Positions 13,531 to 26,640 of a stretch of DNA of 64,000 nucleotides are shown piece by piece. Made by a program: the position numbers and the translations under genes. The stretch is taken from contig NC_043015.1 in NCBI RefSeq assembly GCF_006345805.1, positions 7,192,001 to 7,256,000 of the forward strand. The letters run 5' to 3'. How positions within the stretch are numbered: the stretch's first letter is position 1; each line of letters starts with the position of its first letter. The notes under the pieces were generated by a model. That model was not told the DNA's origin, did no database searches, and saw only the letters and a program-made list of their open reading frames with translations. This DNA comes from Octopus sinensis. Lineage: Eukaryota.

Positions 13531-13960
13531 GAGTAGGTGAAACCAATTTTACAAAAAAAAAAATGAAATAAAAAAAATCTATTTTCCAACATGGTAATAA
13601 ACTTTGTTTTTTAATTTCTTGAACGTCAGAATACAATAGGCAGAACACAAACAGTGTGAAAGATAAGAGCAGACAGACGAATAATTTGTTTGCAGATCAG
13701 AGACATTTAAGTTCTCTCTCTCTCTCTCTCACTCACTTTCTCCTCTTTCTCACTCGGTCATACACACACACACGTACCATCACACAAAACCAGATAGAAA
13801 TATACATATAATTATGTATATAAATATATATAGGCACTCATGTATATTTATATGTCACAAACACACAAAGTCTGACACACAGGCACGCATACACACACAC
13901 GTTTATATATATAGACAAAACTATATGTATGTGTACAGCTATAAAATACACCTAACTTAT

Positions 13961-14012
<52 letters not shown>

Positions 14013-14600
14013 TTCTGCATAGAATTCCAATAATGCAGAATCATTCGCTCGTTTAGTGATGAATTTCAGTTTCATATGTTGGTAGCGTATTGTCAGTTCG
14101 ATATCTTAGACGTTTCCAACTAAACCAAGTAGATTTTCCTCCCACCTTGTTAACGAGTGCACGAAAACGCTTATAAAAAGCGAGTGAGAAATTATAAACA
14201 GGAAAAAGAGACGTCTGGAGAAGCAAATATTTCGATACATACACATGTACACATATGAATTTGTACATACGTACGTCACCTTTAAAACAAGGAAGAGTAG
14301 TGAAATACCACAATAAGAACATAAATACGTTCCGAAAATAGCAGATCTGATATTGTTCTGTTAAACAGGGTAAAAAGCTGTACAGCAGATGTGAATATAC
14401 GACCGAACGTCAAGAATAAAGAGAATATTTTTGGCGATTTAAGGCAGAATTTACACCACTCGTACACTGACCATGAATCCTTACTTGTACCTATCATCAA
14501 AGGTACAATAGTTTATGTACCAACAAATTTGTACATAATCCAATGGCATAAAGAGGTTTCACTATCATTTCATTTCTGAATCCATTTGTATTTTGTATTT

Positions 14601-14878
14601 TATTGGGTTGTCCGGAAAGTTCGTGCCCATTTTTAAAGGAAAGAATAAGGTCAATAGATACTTGCCATTGCACCAACTGTGAGCCATTTTGTTGCACAAT
14701 GCATCTCCATCTTTCCTTTAACTTGAAAATACCCTCTTCCTCTTCCCAGAATTCAGGTGGTTTCAGGGCAAAGAATTCATAAAGGTATCTTTTTATGTCA
14801 TCCAAGGAATTGAAATGTTTACTATTAAGACTATTCTGCAGATACCTGAATAAGCGGAACTTTCCGGACAACCCACTA
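14601..14878 (-). mobile_element. Miniature mariner deletion derivative (278 bp) with both TIRs and TA ends
   Basis: Left tattgggttgtccggaaagttc and right gaactttccggacaacccacta are inverted repeats; interior encodes only the transposase C-terminus FRLFRYLQNSLNSKHFNSLDDIKRYLYEFFALKPPEFW...GIFKLKERWRCIVQQNG. Confidence 0.9.
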
Positions 14879-15564
14879 AATAATCCTATGACGTTGGATG
14901 AGTGTAATGAAAAGTCATATGAGGATGTCATATCATCCACGCATGCCTGTATGAATGTGAGTCAGAACGATAAGGCTGAATGGGAGACGGCTATCATCAG
15001 ACAAGGTGAAGCAATCGCCGTCGTCATAATAATAATAATATATGTATATATGTTTGTGCGCGTGTATGTAGGTATGTATGTATGCATACATGTATGTGTG
15101 CATACACACACATATATATTACGTAAGTAACTACAATGAAAAATGGGCACGCAGATACGGCATTGATAGATAAAGAATGTTTTCAGTCGGATTAATGCAG
15201 TCTTGTAATATGAAATTCGGTTTAAAAAATCTGATGTCCCTCAGCATGAAATTGAGTTCCCGAAAGTTAACGTAAATTACTTGTATATCTAAATTCATTT
15301 GTGTGCGTATGCGTGTGTGTGCATGTATTTGTTTGTGTTTGTGTGTGTGATGCCTGAGTAAGTGTACTTTGAATGCTTAAAGTCTCCAAATACTGTTAAT
15401 ATGTAAAAGTACTAGCACCAAAAGTGCCGGGTAATGTGTACGTTTGCAAAGAAAAATAAACGATTGGTTTTAAGATTGCTTTTACGTAGAGAAACAATTC
15501 GGTATCCAAGATTGCAAATGTTTACTTATCACGAATGTGTATTACGTGTTTGCGTGTCCGTATT

Positions 15565-15567
15565 CAA

Positions 15568-15600
<33 letters not shown>

Positions 15601-15611
15601 CACATATGTAC

Positions 15612-15653
<42 letters not shown>

Positions 15654-15731
15654 TATATATACATACACACATATGTACGTATATATATATATATATATAA
15701 TATATATATATATACATACACACATATGTAC

Positions 15732-15781
<50 letters not shown>

Positions 15782-15871
15782 GAATATTGTGCGTGAGTGT
15801 GTGTGTCTAAATGTGTTGTCTGTGTATGTGATGTCAAAATAACTATGTCTATCTCTGCGCCTGTCTCTGCA

Positions 15872-15945
<74 letters not shown>
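15565..15945. repeat. (TA)n array containing repeated cacatatgtacgta units
   Basis: Unit recurs near 15601, 15668 and 15721 between TA runs. Confidence 0.9.
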
Positions 15946-15946
<1 letters not shown>

Positions 15947-16519
15947 ATAGAAAGACACGCACAAACATGCATATCTATTCTTCATTGAGAATGCGGAAAT
16001 TTTTATTTCGTTGCTGTATATTTTTTATGTCTTCCTTTTGTGTTTAGGCACATTTTCTACATGTGACAGAAAGACAAAATTTTTAAAGATTTGTATACAT
16101 CGAAAAAAGAAATCTAAACAGAAACGAGATCAGTAATAATAATATAAAAAAAACAGAAACGAGAACAGTATGACGTGAACGAATAACAGCAAAAAATAAT
16201 ACACGCACATTTTCAGGAATTTGCGAAAGCAGTGTAAAAGGTCGTAAAAATAGAAAATGCTAGAAAGTTTAAAGTTTAGAACGAGCAAAGAAAAATTTGC
16301 TGCTTAATATATTCAAGATGCTGTTCTGATGAAAAAAGCTGTTGACTGTCGTGTTCCTGTTGTTTGCGAGGGAGCACGTGTAATTGCACACATCTAATAG
16401 ATTACGTGAATACTGATTTAGGTATGTGAGTGTAAGCACGTAATGTGACATTGCGACGAATCACATGGTTTTAAGAACATTACGTTACCTCGTAACAATT
16501 AAATAAAAAATTAATAATT

Positions 16520-16735
16520 CTTTGAAATTTTGACTCAAGACCTGCAGGTTTAGGGGAGACGTATGGTCCAGTAACAACAGACATATTATTTTACTGGTAT
16601 TTTATTCTCTTGATCTTGAACGGATAGAAAAACAAAATTGATCTCGTTGAGCTTTGTCCTCGGAACGTTAAGATCCGTATAAAATGTCATGATGTATTTT
16701 TCTGGCACGTTAACGAATCTGCAACCTCGTCGATT
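16520..16735 (-). mobile_element. SINE family 2 copy, highly diverged
   Basis: tttgaaattttgactcaagacc tail, tttactggtatttta, aattgatctcg...ggaacgttaag...ggcacgttaacgaatctgc. Confidence 0.65.
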
Positions 16736-16812
16736 TAGGAGCAATAATGATAATAATAATAATAATAAATAATAATAATATAATAATAATAATAGTAATA
16801 GTAATAGTAATA

Positions 16813-16925
16813 AATGCCCTGTTGCAGTACCAGACAGTGGTTCGCAATGCCCTGATGCAGTATCAGGCAGTGGCTCTCATGGGTTCTCATCTTAACTGAT
16901 TGGAAATGTTATCATGTACATTGTA
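16813..16925 (+). mobile_element. 5' fragment of the 550 bp TAA-flanked element with a short internal duplication
   Basis: aatgccctgttgcagtaccagacagtgg...aatgccctgatgcagtatcaggcagtggctctcatgg...cttaactgattggaaatgttatcatgtacattg matches the reverse complement of 7120-7200. Confidence 0.8.
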
Positions 16926-16939
16926 ACGGAAAGCTCCGC

Positions 16940-17500
16940 GCTGAATAACAACATGGAAATGATACACTGGGAGGCTCCATTCAAAAATAAATCTAATCTA
17001 ATTAAATTGGTAGAATAGGATAAAAGAACCTGTGTAAGACTTGCAGGAAGCGGCCTTTTAACGAAAATAATCTCAAAAAAGAAATTTTACTGCTATAGAA
17101 AGCACAGTTTCTCTAATGCAGGATATCTCAGTGAAACATGTGCGAAAGACACACGCGAAATCAACATCGGAAAGTTTACAAATTATAAAATATAAGTGGA
17201 ACAAAACAGTAAGTACGTAAATTGATTAATTACGCATACACTCGAATGTCTACACAATCATATATACATTTCAATACCCGTAGGACTATGCATACAACCC
17301 AATGTCTACACAACTCCGTGAAATTTACAGGACGCACATACAGGCATATTAAAGCACCTGTCACAAACGAAGCAAAAGAAAATAACAAAATAATTTATTT
17401 TCTTTTTTGAACTAGCACTGAGTGAAAAATTCATAAGTTTAAAAACACCACAAAAAAACTATGACTGGAGATAAATATATAAATAAAACAAAAATAGTCA
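16940..17500 (+). mobile_element. Possible very decayed Penelope-like (GIY-YIG region) remnant
   Basis: Weak broken motifs IHWEAPF (cf. IIWFNPPF), GLCIQPNVY (cf. G.CL..NVIY) and ALSEKFISLK...NYDWR (cf. LSK.IW.LK..NY.I.W). Confidence 0.3.
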
Positions 17501-17519
17501 CTGTCGAATACAGATCTGA

Positions 17520-18200
17520 TAGCATTCAGAAGCTACTTTACAAGCAATGTTTTCAGGCAGCGAACTCAGATGCGGTGTTGTCTCAAAATATTAACCCTAA
17601 ATGGACAGATACGTCACCTAATGTCAACGTTGAAGCTCATCATACCTCAATGATAACAAAGAAAATAGAAACCGGATCATCCATCACCGGTCAACAAGAG
17701 CCGTGTGCCCCAGTGAGAAATCAGTTGCTAGTTCAAATCTTCCCGAAACAAAGGAGCTGGAAGTACCCTACAACCGGAATATCCAACAGAATGCCATCCA
17801 CGCTCGTCATGAAAATAACTAAAGCAAAAGAAACGAAAAATGGTGTTGGGAAGATATTAAAGTAGTTTTTAAGGCCTTCTATCATGTCATGTATTTACCC
17901 ACAATTAATCCAACACTGAACATAACTACTGAAACTGAAGGCAGAAGATGTGAATAGGCCAGATATAATATTGAATGATTTCAAACAAAAATCATGCGTC
18001 CCCATTGATATGACTGTCCCAATCGACATAAATGCATCTGTCAAGACCTACCAAAATCTGAGCAAGTATAAGGATCCTGAAATAGAAATTGACAAAATAT
18101 GGAACCTCAAGACTAAAACAAAACCAGTTGTCATATGTGCCCTAGGAATAATATTAAAAGGGGCTGAGACTTGGAGACAAAATATAAAGCAAAAGTCAAA
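17520..18200 (+). mobile_element. Dong/R4-clade LINE fragment (RLE domain)
   Basis: ORF 17950-18402 begins NRPDIILNDFKQKSCVPIDMTVPIDINASVKTYQNLSKYKDPEIEIDKIWNLKTKTKPVVICALG; runs into (AAT)n at about 18205. Confidence 0.85.
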
Positions 18201-19174
18201 CTTAAATTATAATGATAATAATAATAATAATAGCACTACTGCTGCTGGTACTGATGATGGTGATGTTGGAGATGATGGTGATGATGGTGATGATGGTGAT
18301 GGTGGTGATGGTGGTAATCGTTTTGAAATCTTTGCACAGAGTAACAAGTTTCTGAGAGGAGAGTTGGGTCTGGTACTTATTTTATCAAACCTGAAACGAT
18401 GAAAGTCAAAGTAGACTGCGGTTGAATTTTCCTTTAAGAATTTAGAGATGGTCCAAAGACTGCTAAGCATTTTTTCAACGTGCTATCGATATATAATCTG
18501 CTGGCTCCATTCATTTTCTCCAAAGTGTTCTTACAACAACTAAAATCAGATGCGTTTTAAATGAAAACATGCTTTGCCACGGATTCGCAACATCGACTCT
18601 ATTAATATTGTTATGGATAAGTTCTAAGTTAGCAGTAGTTGCACTCTCGTTATGAACACTATTGTTACTACTGTCAACTGTGCTATTATATTTTCTATAT
18701 TTCGCAGAACTGCGAAATAATTTGCAGCTCTCATATTTACCTTCGGTTTCTAATATCCTCAACCATATCCTCTATTGCTGTTTATTTTTATGCTGTAAGT
18801 GTGATTGAATATTTGCTTTCCATTTTCTAACGGCTATTCTTTGTATCGTTGTACACATATTTCCGCATCGATGTATTATTTTAAGCCTGTATGACGTTGG
18901 AGAAAGTTTTTGCGGATTTGAAGTAGCTTAACATAATCTTCAAATATCATCTTCATTTTGTGTTATAATCTCTGGATTATCATAGAACGGTAATGTCATA
19001 TGTACTGTCAAATCTATATATATATAACACATCGCTATCTATTGCTGTATACATTTCTGATTTTCACATAATTCGTCCAGTAAAAAATATCAGCATAATA
19101 CATAAAATATTTATTCAGATAGGGTTTTATTTATTCAAGCATTTCAATCCAGATAAGTTAATATCAAGGTGATG

Positions 19175-19640
19175 ATTTCAAATTTTGGCACACAAGGCCA
19201 CCAATTTCCGCGTCTGGGTCGATGTTATCGACTCCAGTGCTCAAAATGATACTTATTTTATCGACCCAAAAGTGGCAAAAATCTATCTTTGCGAAATTTG
19301 AACACAGATCTTTAAAACAGAAGGAATGCTGCTAAGTATCTCGTGATGCGCTACCGATTCTAGCATGCCTTCGATTAATTAATAAGAACAACAATAACAA
19401 TAATGGTGATGATAAAAACAACAACAACAACAACAATAATAATAATCCTTTCTACTATAGTATAAGGCCTGAAAATTGTGGGTAGTCGATTACATCAACC
19501 CAGTACTCAAGCGGTACATTTTTTATCGAGCCCGAAGGGATAGAAGACAAAGTCGACCTCGGCAGGATTTGAACTCATAAGGTAAAGACGGACGAAATAC
19601 CACGATGCATTTCGCTGCCCTCCCCCCTTCCCGGTGCTAA
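19175..19640 (-). mobile_element. Two head-to-tail SINE family 2 copies separated by an AAC/AAT tract
   Basis: Copies at about 19175-19370 and 19445-19640; the second has aaagtcgacctcggcaggatttgaactc and a ccttttctactatag tail. Confidence 0.85.
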
Positions 19641-19649
19641 CAACACCTC

Positions 19650-20810
19650 GCGTAGCTATTAGGGAAAGTGACATCGGAATACAATTTGAAAAATGGAGAA
19701 AAAGTGTCTTATTGATTTTCGGTAAGTTTCAATAGTGCAGATACTCAGTAAGGGTGTCAGGATGTAATTTGTGATTAAAATGTGTGTATGTTTATCATAA
19801 AAAATGGCGAAATAATGCCATCTGATGGTGTAGAATTACCCAATGTCGAGAGATGGATGTTGAGATGGATAGATATAAGTATCTAAGTATTTTGGATTCT
19901 GAAAAATAATAGTGAGTGAGGTAAAGGAAAGCTTTAGGCGAGAATATCTCAGAAGAACTAAATTAATTATGGAAAGTAGATACAATGGAAAGAACAAGAT
20001 TAGGGAAATGAATACTTGTGTTGTTTTCTTAATGTGATACTGTGCAGGTGTTTTTAGGAGGACAAAGAATGAGCTTCAGGAAATGGATAGAAAAACCAGG
20101 AAAATAATGACAAGGAACAAGGAACTGCTTGTGTCTAGATACAAGGGAGGAAAAGGTCTCATAGGAGGAATGATCTCTGTTCTCAAAGAGCAAAACTACA
20201 AATAACAGACTGAAACTTTCTTTGTCGTTGTTTTATATAGAAACACGATACCTGGTGAAAATGAGACTTATATGCAGCGCCTGGAAATGAACTCTGAAAG
20301 CTAATTAGACCAGCCTCCAAATAGTTAAGAGCAGTGTATTATCCCTTCGCTGGATGTATGGCAGCAAAAACGAAACACTCACGTTTCTGTAGCAAACTGA
20401 CCTAAAAAGGAATGCAGAAAAGGCATGATAATTTGCCTAAGTTTGTTCAGTGGAGATTGTGTAAGAAATACGGTGTTGAAAGAACACAGAAATGCTGCGA
20501 ACATAAAACTGAAGGCGTCACCAAGAATATGATTTTATCGGATTTTGCCATCCACTGTGATTCAGTGACTGTTGCTCGGAGACCAGAAATTCTTGTGGAT
20601 CAAAAGAAAGGAGCTAATATTGTAGATACTGCAATAATTGAGGACGCAGGCATGCGTAACAAATAAGAGGAACAAAGTGAAAATACATGCTACTAGAAGA
20701 CAAAATTGCCCGAATGTGGGCATTGAAGAGAGTAAGGATCACCCCAGTAGTTGAATGGGCATTGGCTGTACAAAGAACCAGGTTTGAGAAATATGTTGGA
20801 GAAACTTATA
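19650..20810 (+). mobile_element. Dong/R4-clade LINE remnant, RT C-terminus to RLE domain, with internal deletions
   Basis: YKYLSILDS...REYLRRTKLIMESRYNGKNKIREMN...ELQEMDRKTRKIMT...GGKGLIG; then RHDNLPKFVQWRLCKKYG...ARRPEILVDQKK and KIARMWALKRVRITPVV. Confidence 0.9.
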
Positions 20811-21200
20811 GGCGCAGGAGTGGCTGTGTGGTAAGTAGCTTGCTTACGAACTACATGGTTACGGGTTCAGTCCAACTGTGTGGCACCTTGGGTGAGTTTC
20901 TTCTACTATAGCCTCGCGCCGACGAAAGCCTTGTGAGTGGATTTGATAGACGGAAACTGAAAGAAGCCCGTCGTATATATGTATATATTTAAAAGTTTAT
21001 ATTCTGTGCTTGTCCTCCCAACATCGCTTGACAACCGATGCTGGTGTGTTTACGTCTTCGTAACTTAGCGGTTCGTCAAAAGAGTCCGATAGAGTAAGTA
21101 CTAGGCTTACAAAGAATAAGTCATGGGATCGATTCGTTCGGCTAAAGGTGGTGCTCCAGCATGGCTACAGTCAAATGACTGAAACAAATAAAAGAATAAA
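20811..21200 (+). mobile_element. SINE family 1, near full length (tRNA-like head)
   Basis: Head ggcgcaggagtggctgtgtggtaag (A box) and ggttcagtcc (B box), internal TA/TG tract, 3' end gctccagcatggctacagtcaaatgactgaaac. Confidence 0.95.
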
Positions 21201-21859
21201 CTGGGAATGACAAAAGGGTAAAACATGCTCAGAAAATTAATGTGGATGGGACAGTGGTGTGAGGTTTTTAAAACCCTCCTGATAATTTTAAGGGCAAACT
21301 TTAGAGTCAAACTTTCTATAGAATGTCTTACTTTCTGTAGGGCACTCTGCTCCAAATTCCTTCAAACCTTTTGAAAACTTGTGGATATCCAAGGTTATAA
21401 GCACTAACCCGCTTGCCACTTAAATTCTAACAGGAATAAGAACAAACCTGAGCCAAATCAATAATAATAATAACAATAATAATAATAATAATACTTAATA
21501 TTATTATCATTATTGTAAACACTTTTAATATCAACATAAATATTAGTAGTAGTTATGGTACTATCATTAGTAGCGCTAGCAGTAATGGTATTAATTGAAA
21601 TATTATTAGTATTATTCATTAAGTCATTATAATTACGTTCCCAACCACTATCGATTTTATATCTCATTAATTTAGAGTCCTACATATCTTCACCCGATGG
21701 TACCCTTCTTATGACTTCCCCCCATCTCTTGCTTAAAGTTTTCGTGATTATGTTAATTAAGGTCTTACAGATAAACACAATGTGCCCCCATAATCTTTAG
21801 ATTTATCTTACGTTAACATTTGTGATATTATCATCAATATTTCATTGCATACCTACATA

Positions 21860-22420
<561 letters not shown>

Positions 22421-22559
22421 ACATTTCTATGTCTTTTCTTCTACACACTCACACCCAGAGACGTACGCACATACAGACGGAAATAAAAACATACACACAC
22501 ACACACAAATAAATTTATATACACGAAACTCTAAAACCAATATTCTAATGCATGAACGA

Positions 22560-23380
22560 AATTGATTACCAACAATATCAACATTCTCCTTTTACTCCTC
22601 CTCCTCCTCATCATCATCGTCGTCGACATCATCATCCTCACCATCATCATCATAATCATCATCCTAACCATCATGATCATGATCATCATCACTATCGTCA
22701 TCATCATCATCACTATCGTCATCATTAACAGATCCTCATTTTCATCATCATTCTAGTATGCATGTTAATGAAGAAGCTGAAAAAAAGATGATATTGACGA
22801 CGCTGACACATCAACGTCATCCTCGTTGTCATTCTCCCGCCCGATCACCATCATCATCACCACCACCACCACCACACCATCATCATCACCACTATCACCA
22901 CAATCATCATCATCATCCTCATCACCACCACCACCACCACCATCATCATCACCACTATCACCAACATCACCATCATCGCCACTATCATCATCATCATCAT
23001 CCTCATCACCACCACAACCACCATCATCACCACTATCACCACCATCACCAACATCGCCACTATCATCATCATCATCCTCATCACCACCACCACCACCACC
23101 ACCACCACCACCACCATCATCACCACTATCACCAACATCACCAACATCGCCACAATCATCATCATCATCACCTCATCACCACCACCACCATCATCATCAC
23201 CACTATCACCACCATCACCAACATCGCCACTATCATCATCATCATCATCCTCATCATCACCACCACCACAACCACCACCATCATCATCTCCACCATCCTC
23301 ATAATTATCAAAAACACTACGACTATTTCAACACCATCGCCCTCATCATTTTCGCCATAATATTGTCCACATCACTATGA
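22560..23380. repeat. (CAT/CAC)n trinucleotide array with higher-order repeat units
   Basis: Unit caccaccaccatcatcaccactatcaccaacatc(acc)atcgccactatcatcatcatcatcctcat recurs several times between about 22860 and 23260. Confidence 0.9.
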
Positions 23381-23862
23381 TGGCGGAGACGTCGTTGCCG
23401 TGGTCGCTTTGCTTCTCATTCCTTTACAACAACAAACATAGCAATCATGATTACAATCGTTAATTTCATGTGAATTTTATAATCATCATATTCATTAATG
23501 CTACCCTATCCATCACAACCAGCATTACAAATGTCCATGGCAAAATACATATCACCATCTTCCTTTCTATCATCATTCTCATCTTCTCCAACCTCATCCT
23601 AACCGTGACCATCATTATCATTATCATCTACGATAACATCGACCGCAGCGACGGTGGCGATGACAGCTACAACCGTGGGACCAAATCGTATAAATCATTT
23701 CCCTGGCCATCAACTTCATGTCCATGATCGACCTCCTCACTTTCATCGTCATCATCGTAAAAAAATCGTAGTCGTCATCGTCGTCGTTTTCATCGTTGTC
23801 GTAGTCATCGCCATTATCGTCATGAACAATAATAATCACGGCAGCGGAATAAAGATAAAAAA

Positions 23863-23918
<56 letters not shown>

Positions 23919-23944
23919 CTAATAGATGTAATTAAAATTTTAAG

Positions 23945-24284
23945 CACAATAACAACAGCAAAGGCAATAACAATAATAATAATAATTGTAATAATAATTA
24001 TTATTATTATTATTATAATAGTAATAATACTAGTAATAATAATAATTATTATGATAATAGTAATAATAATAATAATAATAATAATGATGATAATGATAAT
24101 AGTAATAATAATAATAATAATAATAGTAATAATAATAATGATGATGATAATAGTAATAATAATAATTATGATAATAGTAATAATAATAATAATTATGATG
24201 ATGATAATAGTAATAATAATAATTATGATAATAGTAATAATAATAATAATAATGATGATGATAATAGTAATAATAATAATTATG

Positions 24285-24315
<31 letters not shown>

Positions 24316-24420
24316 TGAAATATTTTATGATGATGATAAGAAAGAGAAGAAGAATGAATGATATTCTATGATGATGACGATGATAATGATGATGATAACG
24401 ACGACGGCGATGGTAATGGC
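23945..24420. repeat. (AAT/GAT)n trinucleotide array
   Basis: Repeating aataataattatgatgatgataatagt variants. Confidence 0.95.
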
Positions 24421-24879
24421 GATCAGGATGGCAAAAAGAGGATGGCGACGATGACGACGACGCCGACAACTACGATAATTGTTCTATGTTTTATGTAAAT
24501 CGATTTAATCGCCATATGGTAATCAAACTCATTCTTCAGCATTATCGAAATTACTAATCATCCTGACCAATTTCTTTCGCGATTAATATTTCACCCTAAC
24601 CAAAGCAAGCAACGTTTCTCCTCCTCATTATAAGCATCTTTTTATTTTATGCACGTAAAACTCGCATCAAAGGCATATGATGCCATCACCACCACCGCCA
24701 CCATCATCACCACTGCCACCACCATCATCACCACTGCCACCACCATTCTCAAAACAATATAAAATACATATAGTAAATATATAAAATCCCCGCTCATTTG
24801 TCCACCGAACGTCGAATATTTTACCTTAAATCCTTTCTAATTTTCAGGAACTTTTATCTGCGTAATTATCAGTCTTCTC

Positions 24880-25690
24880 TAGAATAGTATTATAATCATC
24901 GTCGTCGTTATCGTCATCATCATCATTATCATCGTCATTATAATTGACATCGTCGTCGTCGTCATCGTCATCAACATCATCATCGTCAGCGTCTTCTTCA
25001 TCGTCGTCGGCATCATCGTCGTTGTCATCATGATCATGTTCATGCTGATCATGATCATCATCGTCATCAACATCGTCGTCATCGACATCATCATCATCAA
25101 CATCATCATAATCATCCTCGTCGTTGTCGTCATCATTGTCATCATCATCATCATCACGAGCATTCAGAATAGTATTATCATCATCGTCGTCATCGTTCAT
25201 CATCATCATTGGCGTCGTCGTCTTCGTCATCATCATCATCGTCGTTATCTACATCATCATCGTCGTCGTCATCCTCATCGTCGTCATTATCATCGTCGTC
25301 ATTATCATCGTCGTCGTCGTCGTCATCAACATCATCATCATCATCATCGTCAGCGTCTTCTTCATCGTCGTTGCCATCATGATCATATTCATGCTGATCA
25401 TGATCATTATCGTCATCAACATCGTCATCATCGACATCATCATCATCATCAACAACATCATAATAATCATCCTCGTCGTTGTCGTCGTCATCATCGTTAT
25501 GATTAATATCAGCATCATCATCATCGTCGGGGCCGTTGTCATCATCGACACCAGCATCGTCATTATCATTATTGTCATCATCAGCCTCCTCATCATCATC
25601 AACATCATCACCACCACCACCACCACCACCATCACCACCAACATCATCATCAGCAGCAGCAGCCGAAGCAGCAACAGCGGCGGCGGTATC
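24880..25690. repeat. (CAT/CGT)n array with an internal duplication of about 170 bp
   Basis: Block atcgtcagcgtcttcttcatcgtcg...catgctgatcatgatc...atcctcgtcgttgtcgtc appears at about 24970-25140 and 25330-25495. Confidence 0.9.
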
Positions 25691-26102
25691 TGTAGTGCGG
25701 TTATAATTATTAACTAATCATACAATGCAGATTGTCAGCAGTATTGAGATTTGAAGATTAGCAATCTTTACATTTCAAGAATAAAGAATACGATTGTAGA
25801 AATTGCTGTAAAACTGTCTTCAGCAGAACTGATAGACGAAACGATTATGGAAATGAGATTACTGAAGCAGTTTTACAATTGTATTACGGGCAAGTCTATT
25901 TGTCATTCTCTGTTTTTCAATCCCTCTTTCTGTCTCAGCAATCTCTCTGTTGAAATGCAGTCTCTCTCTCTCTCTCTCATTATATATGCATACATATATG
26001 TATACATAAGCATGGACTCTCGTACATACTCAGACATATATATATCTACGCATGCACACGCACACATTTTGGTGTTTGCGTGCGTGATTGACTGTGTATG
26101 TA

Positions 26103-26161
<59 letters not shown>

Positions 26162-26239
26162 TTATGTGCATAAGATTTCAGTAGATAGTAATATTTAATA
26201 TATAGAAAGGCATCCGTAATTAGCAATATAATACTGTAT

Positions 26240-26640
26240 GATTATGTATGTATGTATGTATCTTTCTATATGTCTGTCTGTCTCCCTGTCTGTCTAGCTC
26301 TCCGTTTATCTCTCCCTCCCTCTCTATCTAACTATCTATCTGCTTGTCTGTCTGTCTATCTATCTGTCTGTTTGTCTATCTATCTAGTGACCCATTTCAC
26401 TATATACCTACATATCTATTTATGTATCCATGTATGTGTATGCATCTAGCTATCAAATTGTCTATCTGTCTGTGTTTGTCTGTATATCTATCTATCTATC
26501 TATCTATTTAGCAGTATACCTACCTTTCTATATGTTTCTCTGTCTACCTATGTATGAATTTTTATACGTGTGTTCACCTGTCTGTCGATCGATCCCTCTA
26601 TCCATCTCTCTATCTGTACATATATATGTATGTATGTGTG
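26240..26640. repeat. (TGTC/TATC/TATG)n tetranucleotide tract
   Basis: Directly visible. Confidence 0.9.

Noticed and set aside
18511-18960. Minus-strand frames with a possible Tc1-like HTH (IQRIAVRKWKAN)
   Set aside because: Only one short motif, no TIR or catalytic motifs; too weak to call.
20811-20890. tRNA-like A and B boxes in SINE heads
   Set aside because: They are parts of multi-copy SINEs, not stand-alone tRNA genes; I saw no complete cloverleaf.
22758-23380. Poly-His and poly-Ser/Pro ORFs of 184-200 aa
   Set aside because: Trinucleotide array open in all frames, with no non-repetitive domain, start context or splice evidence.
25780-25889. Possible exon with an AG acceptor and GC-AG donor (two frames open)
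   Set aside because: No recognisable protein, a non-canonical donor, and nothing to choose between the frames.
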